Assembly: GCA_039033275.1 (NCBI GenBank)
Contig: JBCCCX010000001.1
Coordinates: forward strand, 1 to 53,991
Length of the DNA stretch: 53,991 nucleotides
Direction: 5' to 3'
Source of the DNA: Pseudomonadota bacterium
GTDB lineage: Bacteria; Pseudomonadota; Alphaproteobacteria; Caulobacterales; Maricaulaceae
Below, in pieces: positions 27,572 to 37,712 of the stretch. Numbering within the stretch: the stretch's first letter is position 1; each line of letters opens with the position of its first letter. Under the pieces are notes generated by a model, which saw nothing but the letters and a program-made list of their open reading frames with translations, ran no database searches and was not told the DNA's origin. Position numbers and translations under genes: made by a program.

Positions 27572-28996
27572 TCACGCCGCTTCGCGCGCCTCCTTGTAGG
27601 CGCCCAGCACGCGTTCGCGCGCCTGTTTGTGGTCCACGATGGGCTCCGGATAGTCGCGGCCCAGTTCGACCCCGGCCTTGTCCAGCGTCTCTTTGGGCGC
27701 GGTCCAGGGCTGGTGGATATAGCGGTTGGGCAGCTTGGCGATTTCCGGCACCCAGCGGCGCACATAGTCGCCCTTGGGGTCGAACTTCTCGCCCTGGCCG
27801 AACGGGTTGAAGACCCGGAAATATGGCGCGGCGTCCGCGCCCGTGCCCGCCACCCACTGCCAGGAGGCGGCGTTGGCGGCCAGGTCGGCCTCTAGCAGCG
27901 TGTCCCAGAACCAGCCCTCGCCGTCGCGCCAGTCGATCATCAGGTGCTTGATGAGGAAACTGGCCACGACCATGCGCACCCGGTTGTGCATCCAGCCCGT
28001 CTCCCAGAGCTGGCGCATACCGGCATCCACGAAGGGGTAGCCGGTCTTGCCCTTGGTCCACGCCTCGAACACCTGTTCGTCATGGTCCCACGCCATGGCG
28101 TCATAGCCGTCGGCGAAATTTTCGGTCGCCAGCGTCGGATTGTAGTAGAGCAGCGTGTAGGAAAATTCGCGCCATCCGATTTCGGACAGGAATTTGCGCG
28201 ACGTGAACTCATTGTCCTTGCAGGCGTCCCAGACCATGCGCGGACTGATCTCGCCGTGGGCAAGGTGGGGCGAGAGCTTCGACGTGAGGTCGAGGTCGGG
28301 TCGGTCGCGCCCTTCCGCATAGTCCTCGATGGGACCGGCCAGGAAGTCGTCCAGGCGTGTCTTCGCGCCCCCCTCTCCGGGTGTATGGTAGACCATCATC
28401 TTGGACCCCCAGTCCGGTTTCGTCGGCAGGAGGGTCCAGTCGTCCAAATCGTCGGTTCCGACATTGCCGCCGACGCAATCGAGGCTTTCCGGTGCGGGGA
28501 GCGGCTCTCCGACCTCCATTGTCTCCTTGGCAGCGCGCCAGAAGGGGGTGAAGACGCGGTACGGCCCGCCCGATTTTGTCTCCACTTCCCATGGCTCGAC
28601 CAGCAGGTTGCCCTTGAAACTCTCCGCGTGGATGCCCCGCTCGGTCAGGCTCTCCTTGATGGCGGCGTCGCGGTTGCGGTCGGGCGCGTGGTAGCGGCGG
28701 TTCCAGAACACGGCACCCGCGCCCGTCTCCTCCACCAGCGCGTCGATCACGCCAGCCGCTGGTCCCTTGCGCAGGACAAGCCGCCCGCCCCGGCTCTCAA
28801 TGTCTTTCTTAAATGCCGCCAGGGAGTGATGAAGCCAGACGGCCCGCGCTCCGCCCGGCACCCGGTCGGCGTCGTCCTCCAGCACGAAGAGCAGCACCAT
28901 CGGCGCCCCGCGTTCCACGGCGGCGTACAGAGCCGGATGGTCGGACAGGCGGCGGTCATTGCGGAACCAGACGATGGAGGGGGCTTGATCGGTCAT
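27572..28996 (-). CDS. phrB: Deoxyribodipyrimidine photolyase (class I/III CPD)
   Basis: VWFRND.RL.D, SKLSPHLAHGEIS, TGYPFVDAGMRQL..TGWMHNRVRM and WQWVAG.G.DAAPYFR motifs. Confidence 0.92.
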   Translation of the reverse strand: MTDQAPSIVWFRNDRRLSDHPALYAAVERGAPMVLLFVLEDDADRVPGGARAVWLHHSLAAFKKDIESRGGRLVLRKGPAAGVIDALVEETGAGAVFWNRRYHAPDRNRDAAIKESLTERGIHAESFKGNLLVEPWEVETKSGGPYRVFTPFWRAAKETMEVGEPLPAPESLDCVGGNVGTDDLDDWTLLPTKPDWGSKMMVYHTPGEGGAKTRLDDFLAGPIEDYAEGRDRPDLDLTSKLSPHLAHGEISPRMVWDACKDNEFTSRKFLSEIGWREFSYTLLYYNPTLATENFADGYDAMAWDHDEQVFEAWTKGKTGYPFVDAGMRQLWETGWMHNRVRMVVASFLIKHLMIDWRDGEGWFWDTLLEADLAANAASWQWVAGTGADAAPYFRVFNPFGQGEKFDPKGDYVRRWVPEIAKLPNRYIHQPWTAPKETLDKAGVELGRDYPEPIVDHKQARERVLGAYKEAREAA

Positions 28997-29227
28997 GCAC
29001 TGGATACGGCTATGGGGGCGGCTTTGTTTCCAATTTGGGGGAGAGGGGGTCTTGTCCGCCTTCGTTCGTGACGTCTTCCGTCCGCTTGGATTGGGTGTGT
29101 CGCGCCGCCGCTTTGGTGCAAAGCCCTGCCCGGGGGCGTGGAAACGTACGGGGCGGATCAGAGAAACGCGGTCGTCGGCTTCAAATCCGGGCTTTTGTCT
29201 GCGTGCAAGACAACAGTATTTTTTCGT

Positions 29228-29337
29228 CTGCCGTCCCCGGCATTTATTGCCGGGGTCTGGTGGATGGCTTGTTCACAAGCCGTGTCTTGTGAGGAACTGA
29301 GATGACAGGCCTCGGCAATAAATGCCGGGGACAGCGG
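29228..29337. repeat. REP/RPE-like cruciform palindromic element
   Basis: GTCCCCGGCATTTATTGCCG (29233-29252) and its exact reverse complement (29313-29332); each arm is itself a hairpin. Confidence 0.75.
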
Positions 29338-29697
29338 TGCTGTTGTGTGTTGGATTTGTTCGACGACCAAGACCCGCGCTTTCGTCCTACCAAACGACGG
29401 CTCGATAAATCGGGGGCGGCATTTCATTGGTCAATAGCCGTATTCGCTGTAACCGGTGTCGTTGACGGCTGAGCCGACCCGCGGCACCACCGTTCCGCCG
29501 GATCGCCAGCCTCCGCAATCGCCAAAGGCAACGTCGAAATGACGAGTTTCGACGACAGGCGCACACATGTTCCGGTCTCCCATGGGCGTTGGGCCGAATA
29601 GCTGCGAAACGCGTCGGACGCGAGGACTTTTACGCCCTTCCACGCTCCGTCCCAGCGCGTTATGGGGCGCGCGCAATTCTTCAAAGGCGCGTCATCC

Positions 29698-30927
29698 ATG
29701 TCTTCACCCAAAAAAGTCGTCCTCGCCTATTCGGGCGGTCTGGACACGTCGATCATCCTGAAATGGCTGCAAGAGGAGAAGGGCTGCGAGGTCGTGACCT
29801 TCACCGCCGATCTGGGCCAGGGCGAGGAGTTGGAACCCGCGCGGCAGAAGGCGCTGGATGCGGGCGTAAAGCCCGAGAACATCTACATCGACGATCTGCG
29901 CGAGGAATTCGTGGCAGACTTCGTCTATCCGATGATGCGCGCCAACACGGTCTATGAGGGGCTCTACCTGCTCGGCACGTCCATCGCCCGGCCGCTCATC
30001 TCCAAGCGCCAGATCGAAATCGCCCACGAAGTCGGCGCGGACGCGGTCTGTCACGGCGCGACCGGAAAGGGCAACGACCAGGTCCGGTTCGAGCTGGGCT
30101 ATTACGCGCTCGACCCGGACATCACCGTGATCGCCCCGTGGCGCGAATGGGATCTGCAGTCGCGCGAGAAGCTGCTGGAATATGCGGAGGCGCACGGAAT
30201 CGAGATCGCCAAGGACAAGCGCGGCGAAGCGCCGTTCTCGGTGGATGCGAATCTGCTGCACACCAGCTCGGAAGGAAAGGTGCTGGAGGACCCGAACGAC
30301 GACGCGCCGGAATATGTCTATCAACGCACGGTCAGCCCCGAAGACGCGCCGGACAAGGCCACGGTCATCGAAATCGGGTTCGAGCGCGGCGACGCCGTGT
30401 CGATCGACGGCGAAGCGATGAGTCCCGCGACCCTGCTGACCAGGCTCAACGAGTTGGGCGGGGCCAATGGCATCGGCCGCCTTGACCTGCTGGAGAACCG
30501 GTTCGTCGGCATGAAGAGCCGCGGTGTCTACGAGACGCCCGGCGGGACGATCCTGCTCATGGCGCATCGGGGCATTGAACAGATCACGCTGGACAAGGGC
30601 GCGGCGCATCTGAAGGACGAGCTGATGCCGCGCTATGCGGAGCTGATCTATAACGGTTTCTGGTTTTCGCCCGAGCGCGAGATGCTCCAGGCCGCGATCG
30701 ACAACTCCCAGGCGCTGGTCACGGGTACGGTGCGGCTGAAGCTCTACAAGGGAAACGTGGACGTGGTCGGCCGCGCCAGCCCTCACTCCCTCTACTCGCA
30801 GGAACACGTCACCTTCGAAGAAGACGATGTCTACGACCAGGCCGACGCGGAAGGCTTCATCAAGATCAACGCGCTGCGTTTGAGACTGCTGGCCGCCCGC
30901 GACCGGAAGGCGGGGATGAACCGCTAA
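29698..30927 (+). CDS. argG: Argininosuccinate synthase
   Basis: [23 protein letters not shown] and [12 protein letters not shown] motifs. Confidence 0.97.
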   Translation: MSSPKKVVLAYSGGLDTSIILKWLQEEKGCEVVTFTADLGQGEELEPARQKALDAGVKPENIYIDDLREEFVADFVYPMMRANTVYEGLYLLGTSIARPLISKRQIEIAHEVGADAVCHGATGKGNDQVRFELGYYALDPDITVIAPWREWDLQSREKLLEYAEAHGIEIAKDKRGEAPFSVDANLLHTSSEGKVLEDPNDDAPEYVYQRTVSPEDAPDKATVIEIGFERGDAVSIDGEAMSPATLLTRLNELGGANGIGRLDLLENRFVGMKSRGVYETPGGTILLMAHRGIEQITLDKGAAHLKDELMPRYAELIYNGFWFSPEREMLQAAIDNSQALVTGTVRLKLYKGNVDVVGRASPHSLYSQEHVTFEEDDVYDQADAEGFIKINALRLRLLAARDRKAGMNR

Positions 30928-30939
30928 GGGGGCTTTCGC

Positions 30940-31674
30940 TCAATCCGGCGTCTCCAGCCCTTCGACACGGTCGAGGAAGGCGACGCCGGTGCTGTCCGGG
31001 TCGTCCTCGGCGGGAGTCGCCGCAGGCGTTGTCGGAGCCATGAGAGGCGGGGCGGCGTAGCTGTAATCCGGCACGGGCGTGGCTGCGCGGAAAATCTGTC
31101 CCAGCAGGAGCACGACCGTCGCGCCGCTCAGCAGGCCAAGCAGAAAAGCCTTGCGCGTCGCTTGACCCGTCGAAGGCTTGGGCGCGGTTGCGGTCGTTTC
31201 CTGTGCTGAGGTGCCAGAACCGCGCCGACGCAGCCGTGCGAACAGGCCGCCCTTTTGCGGACCCGTGTCATCGCTCTGCATGTGCGGCGCGCCGGCCTGC
31301 GCGGGCTCCGCCCATCCGGGCTGGGCTGCGGGCGCCGCAACGGTCGGCGCGACGGTGGAGGGATGCGAGGCGTGTCTCGGATAGGGCGGCGGAGCCGCTG
31401 CAGGCTGGGCGACGGCGTTGCGGGGATCGAAGCGCGGCGGAGCGGGCGCATGGCCCGATGAGGGATGCGGGGCATGTGGGTAGGAGTTGGCAAAAGGCTG
31501 CGCCTGGGCATGGGTCTGAGAATGGGCGTGAGCAGGCGCGGTCATCGGGAACTGGCCGGGATGGGGCGCGGGCGGGCGGTAGGGCTCGGGCGCCCAGCTC
31601 TGCTCAGGCCGCCGGGTCTGCGCTGGTGTATCGGTCGGCTGGGGCACGAAGGGCGGCGGGGCGGGGTCGGTCAT
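30940..31674 (-). CDS. Pro/Ala-rich disordered protein with one C-terminal TM helix
   Basis: Low-complexity N-terminus; KKGGLFARLRR-type basic patch (QKGGLFARLRRR); hydrophobic AFLLGLLSGATVVLLLG. Confidence 0.7.
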   Translation of the reverse strand: MTDPAPPPFVPQPTDTPAQTRRPEQSWAPEPYRPPAPHPGQFPMTAPAHAHSQTHAQAQPFANSYPHAPHPSSGHAPAPPRFDPRNAVAQPAAAPPPYPRHASHPSTVAPTVAAPAAQPGWAEPAQAGAPHMQSDDTGPQKGGLFARLRRRGSGTSAQETTATAPKPSTGQATRKAFLLGLLSGATVVLLLGQIFRAATPVPDYSYAAPPLMAPTTPAATPAEDDPDSTGVAFLDRVEGLETPD

Positions 31675-31773
31675 GGTCCGGGCTCTCGGGTCCTTCAGGC
31701 GATATCGCCGCGGGCCGTCACGGGTGACGCGGGCGATGGGTTGTGCATGGCCGGGGTCCCTAGCACCAACGCT

Positions 31774-31788
31774 CTAAGAGCCTGTTAA
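31774..31788 (-). promoter_or_regulatory. CtrA-like binding site
   Basis: TTAA-CAGGCTC-TTAG on minus, followed 9 nt later by GCTAGGGAC (-10-like). Confidence 0.5.
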
Positions 31789-31970
31789 GGCGCGCGCGAT
31801 AGCGGGTATCCGCAACTCAGGGCGGCATGGTTTTTCCGCCGGAAGAGGGTTTTTTGGCAGGGACAGGGCGCGGGCTCCGCGCTATGGCGCTCGGAAAAGA
31901 CGTCGATACGGACGGTGGGGAAAAGTGCGCCGTTCCCGCAACCGCGGCATGACCCGCAAGGAGGCCCGTC

Positions 31971-33404
31971 ATGGCCAAGCATCGCAACCCCCAAGCCCAT
32001 ACCGGGGAATTGGGCTTCCGCGAATCGGTCGAACTCATGTTCAACCGCGCCGCCAGCTTCATGGATCTTTCGCCCGCCCTGATCGAGAAGATCCGGGTCT
32101 GCAACGCGACCTATATCGTGCGTTTCGGGGTCAAACTCCGCGGTGAGATCAAGACCTTTGTCGGCTACCGCAGCGTCCATTCCGAGCACCGCGAGCCGGT
32201 CAAGGGCGGCATCCGCTATTCCTCCCACGTCAACCAGGACGAAGTGGAGGCGCTGGCCGCGCTGATGACCTATAAATGCGCGCTGGTCGAAGTGCCGTTC
32301 GGCGGCTCCAAAGGGGGCTTGTGCATCAATCCCAACGATTGGAACGAAGAAGAGCTGGAGCGCATCACGCGGCGCTTCACGTTCGAACTCTCGCGCCGCG
32401 ACCTGATCCATCCGTCGCTCAACGTGCCTGCCCCCGACATGGGGACGGGCGAGCGCGAGATGAGCTGGATGATGGACGAGTACCGCCGCCTGCATAACGA
32501 CAATATCGACAACCGGGCCTGCGTCACCGGCAAGCCCGTCCATCTGGGCGGGATCGAGGGCCGGGTCGAAGCCACGGGCCGGGGCGTGCAATATGCGCTG
32601 CAGGAATTCTTCCGCCACCCGGAGGACGTGGAAGCGACCGGCCTGCGCGGCGATCTGGAAGACAAGACCGTGGTCGTGCAGGGCCTCGGCAATGTGGGCT
32701 ACCATGCGGCCAAGTTCGTGTCCGAGGAGGACAAGGCGAAGGTCACGGCCGTGATCGAGCGCGAGGGCGTCATCCGCAACCCGGACGGGCTGGACATCGA
32801 AGCGCTGAAGATGCACCTGATGGCGGGCCGCCCGCTGGCTGAATTCGAAGGCGGCGAGTTCGACGAAGACGGCCGCACTGCGCTGACCGATCCGTGCGAC
32901 ATCCTGATCCCGGCCGCGCTGGAAGGCCAGATCAACCTCGACAACGCCTACAAGGTCCGCGCCAAGCTGATCATCGAGGCCGCCAACGGCCCCGTCACGG
33001 CCAAGGCGGACAAGATCCTGCGCGACCGCGGCGTGACCATCATCCCGGACATGTACGCCAATGCGGGCGGCGTGACCGTGTCGTACTTCGAATGGGTCAA
33101 GAACATCAGCCACATCCGCTTCGGCCGGATGCAGCGCCGCAACGAAGAAGCCCGCAACCGCCACCTGATCGAGGCGCTGGAAAAGAACGGAATCACCTTC
33201 TCCGACGAATTCAAGACGGAATTCATGGACGGCGCGGACGAACTCGACCTCGTCCGGGCCGGCCTGGACGACACGATGCGCCTCGCCTACCAGAACATCC
33301 GCGCCGCATTAAAGGAAAAGCCGGAGCTCGAAGACCTGCGCACGGCGGCCTTCTACGTGGCGATCAGCGACATCGCGCTGCATTATCAGAGCATCGGGCT
33401 CTGA
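31971..33404 (+). CDS. gdhA: Glutamate dehydrogenase (Glu/Leu/Phe/Val DH family)
   Basis: KGGIRY, VPFGGSKGG, PAPDMGT, GRVEATGRG, QGLGNVG and NAGGVTVSYFEW motifs. Confidence 0.92.
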   Translation: MAKHRNPQAHTGELGFRESVELMFNRAASFMDLSPALIEKIRVCNATYIVRFGVKLRGEIKTFVGYRSVHSEHREPVKGGIRYSSHVNQDEVEALAALMTYKCALVEVPFGGSKGGLCINPNDWNEEELERITRRFTFELSRRDLIHPSLNVPAPDMGTGEREMSWMMDEYRRLHNDNIDNRACVTGKPVHLGGIEGRVEATGRGVQYALQEFFRHPEDVEATGLRGDLEDKTVVVQGLGNVGYHAAKFVSEEDKAKVTAVIEREGVIRNPDGLDIEALKMHLMAGRPLAEFEGGEFDEDGRTALTDPCDILIPAALEGQINLDNAYKVRAKLIIEAANGPVTAKADKILRDRGVTIIPDMYANAGGVTVSYFEWVKNISHIRFGRMQRRNEEARNRHLIEALEKNGITFSDEFKTEFMDGADELDLVRAGLDDTMRLAYQNIRAALKEKPELEDLRTAAFYVAISDIALHYQSIGL

Positions 33405-33506
33405 TAGTGTCCGAAGGGCTGTAAACCTTGCCGCGCGCATACCGTTGACGGCCGTTATGCGGCTTCATAGAGGTCCGTGGACACAGTTTCCGAAAGACCC
33501 CAGACC

Positions 33507-35438
33507 ATGACACGATCCGAAACGCCGCGTCTCCGCTTCGCCCTCGCCCTCCTGGCTGGAACGGCCATGCTTGCGTCCTGCCAGCCCGATACGGATGCGC
33601 CCGAAGTGCAAGTCGAGTCCGAAACCGTCGCGGCGGCGGACACGGTTCAGGACACGGCGTCGACCGCACCCAGGGCGACCATCAGCTCGTCCGAGGACGT
33701 GCCGCGCTTTTCCTACGACATCGATATGTTGCCGTCGGAGCTGCTGACAAGCGACGCTTTGCTCACCGATTACGGCCCGCGTCTGCGCACCGATATCGAA
33801 TCCGTTCTGGCCGACTACGACATCTCCGATCCGGCGACCGAGTCGGGCCTGATAAATACGCTGGTTGCGCTCGACCTGCTGGCTGGGGACAATGAATCCG
33901 TGTTGGAGCGCCTGGACCGCAGAACGGAACTGGCCGAAAAGCCGGCCGAGAAATACACGACCGGACTGTTTTCGGGCACGATGGCCGAAGCCGCCCGGTC
34001 CGGCCGCACGGTCGAAGCCGTGATGACGGAAAAGCTGGACGCCATGCCGTTTGCCGTCGTCCAGGAAGACATTGAAGGCGCCAAGGGCCAGTTGGAGATC
34101 TACAGCGAGAACCTGCTCAAGGGGATCGTCCAGAGCCGGTTCGATGATGGCGCGGTGGAACGCGGCACGATCAGCAATGAAATCCTCTCCACCTTGGTCA
34201 ATATCCGCTACCAGCTCGACCACGTCATTCCAAACAAGGCCGGCCTGATCGCGCCCATGACCGCCTATATCGACGCCAACGCCGTGGAGCGCCCCGACAT
34301 CTGGGCGGACCGGGACGTCTCGTTGGACGGACGCGAAGGCCTGTCCGAGGTCATCGTGGTGGCGTGGGACAGCGGCGTGGACGTGCCGCTCTTCGAAGGC
34401 CAGCTCTGGTCCAACCCTGACGAAACCCTCAATGGAGAAGATGAGGACGGCAACGGTTTTGTCGATGACGTCCACGGCATCGCCTTCGATTTGAAGGGCA
34501 ACCGGATTAGCGAACTGCTCCATCCCTTGGATGCGATGAACGCACCCGAGGCGGACGTTCGGGCGAACGTGAAAGGGTGGCTGGATGTGTCGTCCAATAT
34601 CAACTCGGCCGAAGCGTCGGCCTTGCGGGAGACGCTGGGCGCGCTGGAGCCCGAAAATGTGCAGCCTTTCCTCGAAGACCTGAACCTCTACGGCAACATA
34701 TCGCATGGCACGCATGTGGCCGGGATCATGCTGGAGGGCAATCCGGCGACACGTCTGATGACGGCGCGCCTGACCTTCGACTACAAGTCCAAGCCCGACG
34801 CAATTCTTGAAGACGATGCCGAGAAACTCTCCGCAATGATGCGGGACACGGTTGATTATTTCAAAGCCAATGGGGCCCGCGTGGTCAACATGTCCTGGGG
34901 CTTCACCCCGGAAGACATCGAAGCCACGTTGGAGGTCAACAATATCGAGACGGACGCCGATGCCCGCCGGGAACGCGCCTACCGCATCTTCGACATCGCC
35001 AAGGAAGGGCTGGAGGATGCGATCCTGGGCGCGCCCGACATCCTTTTCGTGGCCGCTGCCGGGAATAGCGACGGCGATGCGTCCTTCTCGAACATGCTGC
35101 CGTCCGGCATCGTGGCCGATAACATGGTCACGGTCGGCGCGGTCGATCAGGCCGGGGACGAAACGGGCTTTACTAGCTACGGTCCGACTGTCGTGCTGCA
35201 CGCCAACGGCTACGAGGTCGTAAGCGAGGTTCCGGGCGGGCAGGAAATGGCCTTTTCCGGCACGTCAATGGCCGCGCCCAATGCGGCGAACCTGGCCGGT
35301 AAGATCCTGGCGATCGATCCGGAACTGAGCGTCGCGGACATGATCGCCATCATGCGCGATACGGCGGAAACGACCGAGGACGGCCGCCGCTTCCTGATCC
35401 ACCCGGCCAATGCGGTGGCGCGCGTCTCGGCGGGGTAG
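33507..35438 (+). CDS. S8 subtilisin-like lipoprotein protease
   Basis: LASC lipobox; catalytic triad DSG, HGTHVAG and SGTSMAAP; AAAGN. Confidence 0.88.
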   Translation: MTRSETPRLRFALALLAGTAMLASCQPDTDAPEVQVESETVAAADTVQDTASTAPRATISSSEDVPRFSYDIDMLPSELLTSDALLTDYGPRLRTDIESVLADYDISDPATESGLINTLVALDLLAGDNESVLERLDRRTELAEKPAEKYTTGLFSGTMAEAARSGRTVEAVMTEKLDAMPFAVVQEDIEGAKGQLEIYSENLLKGIVQSRFDDGAVERGTISNEILSTLVNIRYQLDHVIPNKAGLIAPMTAYIDANAVERPDIWADRDVSLDGREGLSEVIVVAWDSGVDVPLFEGQLWSNPDETLNGEDEDGNGFVDDVHGIAFDLKGNRISELLHPLDAMNAPEADVRANVKGWLDVSSNINSAEASALRETLGALEPENVQPFLEDLNLYGNISHGTHVAGIMLEGNPATRLMTARLTFDYKSKPDAILEDDAEKLSAMMRDTVDYFKANGARVVNMSWGFTPEDIEATLEVNNIETDADARRERAYRIFDIAKEGLEDAILGAPDILFVAAAGNSDGDASFSNMLPSGIVADNMVTVGAVDQAGDETGFTSYGPTVVLHANGYEVVSEVPGGQEMAFSGTSMAAPNAANLAGKILAIDPELSVADMIAIMRDTAETTEDGRRFLIHPANAVARVSAG

Positions 35439-35465
35439 TGCTTTCAGGTGCGGTCCGGCCTTGCG

Positions 35466-36764
35466 TCAGCCGCGCTCCAATCTCTCCAACCAAGCCTTGT
35501 AGCGCTTCGTCTGCACCGCTTGGTTCTTCTGCTGCACCAGGCTCGCCAGCACGGGGTTGATCTTCGCCTTGGGCGCCTCTCCCCGGCTCATGCGGCGCAG
35601 GTTGGCCTTGGCCAGGGCCATGTTGGCGAGGCTGCGCAGGGCCGGGTTCTTCCAGCGCACCGTCTGGACGGGGCCGGACACGTCTTCGCCCGCCTTCCAG
35701 CGGTTCGGCAGGTTCGGTGTGATGATGAGCGCACGGGCCAGTCCGGCCAGTTCCACGCCCGGCGTGGCCAGCACGCGCTCCACCGTGTCGCGCCGCGTGA
35801 TGCCGCCCGTCACCATGAGCGGCATCGTCGCGGCAGCGGCGATGTCTTCGGCGAACTCCAGGAAGTAGGCTTCGCGCGTGATGGTGCTTTGTGAAATGCG
35901 GCCGTCCTGGCTGTCGCCCATCATGGCGGCGGCGGACTCGTAAGTGCCGCCGCTCACTTCCACGAAATCGACAGCTTCCGCGCCGAGCCATTCCACGACC
36001 CGGGCGGCGTCCGCCACGTCGAAGCCGCCTTTCTGGAAATCAGCCGAATTGAGTTTCACGCCTATCACGAAGTCCGGCCCTGTGCGGTCCCGCACGCTGC
36101 GCACGATGTCCAGCAGCAGGCGGGCGCGGTTTTCCAGCGCCCCGCCCCAGGCATCACTGCGGCGGTTGGTCAGCGGCGACAGGAATTGCGCCAGCAGGTA
36201 GCCATGCGCGGCGTGGATCTCCACCCCGTCGAAGCCGCAGCCCTTGGCCGCAACGGCGGTTTCCGCAAAGCGGCGGATGATGCCGCGGATCTCGTCTTCG
36301 GTCAGGGCGCGGGCCGGGGCGAACAGTTTGGAGAGGGTCTCGCTGCCCATGTCGAGGCGCGTGTCCGATGCGCTGACGGCCTCCACCCCTTGCGCGGCAT
36401 AGAGCTGGCGTCCGGGATGGCTGATCTGCATGATCAGGGTCGCCCCGCCGCGCTTGCCGGCCGCCGCCCAGCGCTCGAACCGGTCTCGCACCGTGTCGTC
36501 GTCCAGCGTGCCCTCGCGAAGCACGACCGCGCCCGGTCCCGTCAGGGCGCGTTCGTCCACCATGACTTTGCCGGGGATCAGCATCCCCGCCCCGCCATCC
36601 GCCCAAGCGCCATACAGATTGGTCAGCCGCTCGCCCGGGACCTGCCCCACGCCGTCCGGCAAGCCGGATTGATCGGCCATGTTCTCCTCCATCGCCGCCT
36701 TGGCGATGCGGTTGGGCACGACATGGCCGCAGGGCAGGGTGAGCGGGGCGAACGGGTCGGACAT
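35466..36764 (-). CDS. NADH:flavin oxidoreductase (old yellow enzyme family)
   Basis: NRIAKAAMEE, QISHPGRQ, GFDGVEIHAAHGYLLAQFLSP and WGG.LENR motifs. Confidence 0.92.
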   Translation of the reverse strand: MSDPFAPLTLPCGHVVPNRIAKAAMEENMADQSGLPDGVGQVPGERLTNLYGAWADGGAGMLIPGKVMVDERALTGPGAVVLREGTLDDDTVRDRFERWAAAGKRGGATLIMQISHPGRQLYAAQGVEAVSASDTRLDMGSETLSKLFAPARALTEDEIRGIIRRFAETAVAAKGCGFDGVEIHAAHGYLLAQFLSPLTNRRSDAWGGALENRARLLLDIVRSVRDRTGPDFVIGVKLNSADFQKGGFDVADAARVVEWLGAEAVDFVEVSGGTYESAAAMMGDSQDGRISQSTITREAYFLEFAEDIAAAATMPLMVTGGITRRDTVERVLATPGVELAGLARALIITPNLPNRWKAGEDVSGPVQTVRWKNPALRSLANMALAKANLRRMSRGEAPKAKINPVLASLVQQKNQAVQTKRYKAWLERLERG

Positions 36765-36772
36765 GGCCTGGG

Positions 36773-36800
36773 GTTCTAGCCCATCGCAAGCGGCTGGCAA
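36773..36800 (-). promoter_or_regulatory. Caulobacter-type housekeeping promoter (probably leaderless mRNA)
   Basis: TTGCCA-N14-GCTAGAAC ending 8 nt before the OYE ATG. Confidence 0.45.
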
Positions 36801-36804
36801 ACGA

Positions 36805-37053
36805 TCATGGGGCCGTGCGTCGCCGCCACGCCTTCCACAGGCCGAACAGGCTGATGGCGAGCCAAACCACTTCGATCACGAAGCTGGCGAGATTGAAAGT
36901 GTGGTGCAGCGACACGAGGATCAGCACCGCACCCATCGCATTGACGGCGGAAAACCGCCAGTCCTCGGCTTTGAGGCGTTCCGTCTGCAAGGCCCAGTAG
37001 GCGAACAGCACGCAGGCCACGCCGGAAAGGCCGATCATGTCGGGCAGTGTCAT
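36805..37053 (-). CDS. Small 3-TM membrane protein (CBU_0592-like)
   Basis: G..G..L.AY..LQ...N..GA.LILVSL...FNLASFVIE..W pattern. Confidence 0.75.
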   Translation of the reverse strand: MTLPDMIGLSGVACVLFAYWALQTERLKAEDWRFSAVNAMGAVLILVSLHHTFNLASFVIEVVWLAISLFGLWKAWRRRTAP

Positions 37054-37101
37054 GGCGCGGCGCTAGTCCGCGCGGCGCGGCAGCGCAAGCCGATGGTCCG
37101 G

Positions 37102-37623
37102 TCAGCGGGCGTTTATGGTGCGGACCGTGTCTCCCGCGGCCTCGCTCAGCAGGTCTTCCATCGTGTCGTGAATGCGCGCGATCTGCGGGACGAGCTGGGC
37201 GCTCACGCCGTGCGTTTGGGCGGCTTCGCCCGGATGGCTGTAGGCAAGATGGGTGGTGCCGTCGGGCGCGTCGTGGATCAGGATCTTCAGCGGCAGGTGC
37301 AGCCCCATCTGCGGGTCGGCGCGCATGAAGGCCGTGCCGATGCGCGGATTGCCGACGAGAAACAGCTTGGATTGCCCGATCGGCATATTGACGGATCGTG
37401 CGCCCTCGCCATGGTCCACCACGGTGAACAGCGTCAGCGGACGGTCCGCGATGGCATCGCGCAGCCGCGCCTCCACGACGGCGAAGGCGTCATCGGATAT
37501 GTAGACGGTGTGCTGTTCCGGCGTGGCGGCAATGCTGGCCGGAGCGGGCAGCGTCGTGGACTGCGCGGTGGCGCAGGCGGCCAGTGTTGCGGCGGTGATG
37601 GACAGGGCGGCGGTGCGGATCAT
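37102..37623 (-). CDS. DUF302 family lipoprotein
   Basis: LAAC lipobox; VDH..GA and GNPRIGT..M..P..GL.LPLKIL motifs. Confidence 0.82.
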   Translation of the reverse strand: MIRTAALSITAATLAACATAQSTTLPAPASIAATPEQHTVYISDDAFAVVEARLRDAIADRPLTLFTVVDHGEGARSVNMPIGQSKLFLVGNPRIGTAFMRADPQMGLHLPLKILIHDAPDGTTHLAYSHPGEAAQTHGVSAQLVPQIARIHDTMEDLLSEAAGDTVRTINAR

Positions 37624-37712
37624 CGGAGGTCTCCTCGGCAGGGTTCCCAGAGAGGACGCGCCCGCTCGGCCTTAAGTTCCAGAATGGCGTTCCAGCATGG
37701 GTATTCCAGCAT

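Noticed and set aside
29040-29690. tmRNA, RNase P, SRP or 6S RNA in the long gap
   Set aside because: No signature motifs found by eye.
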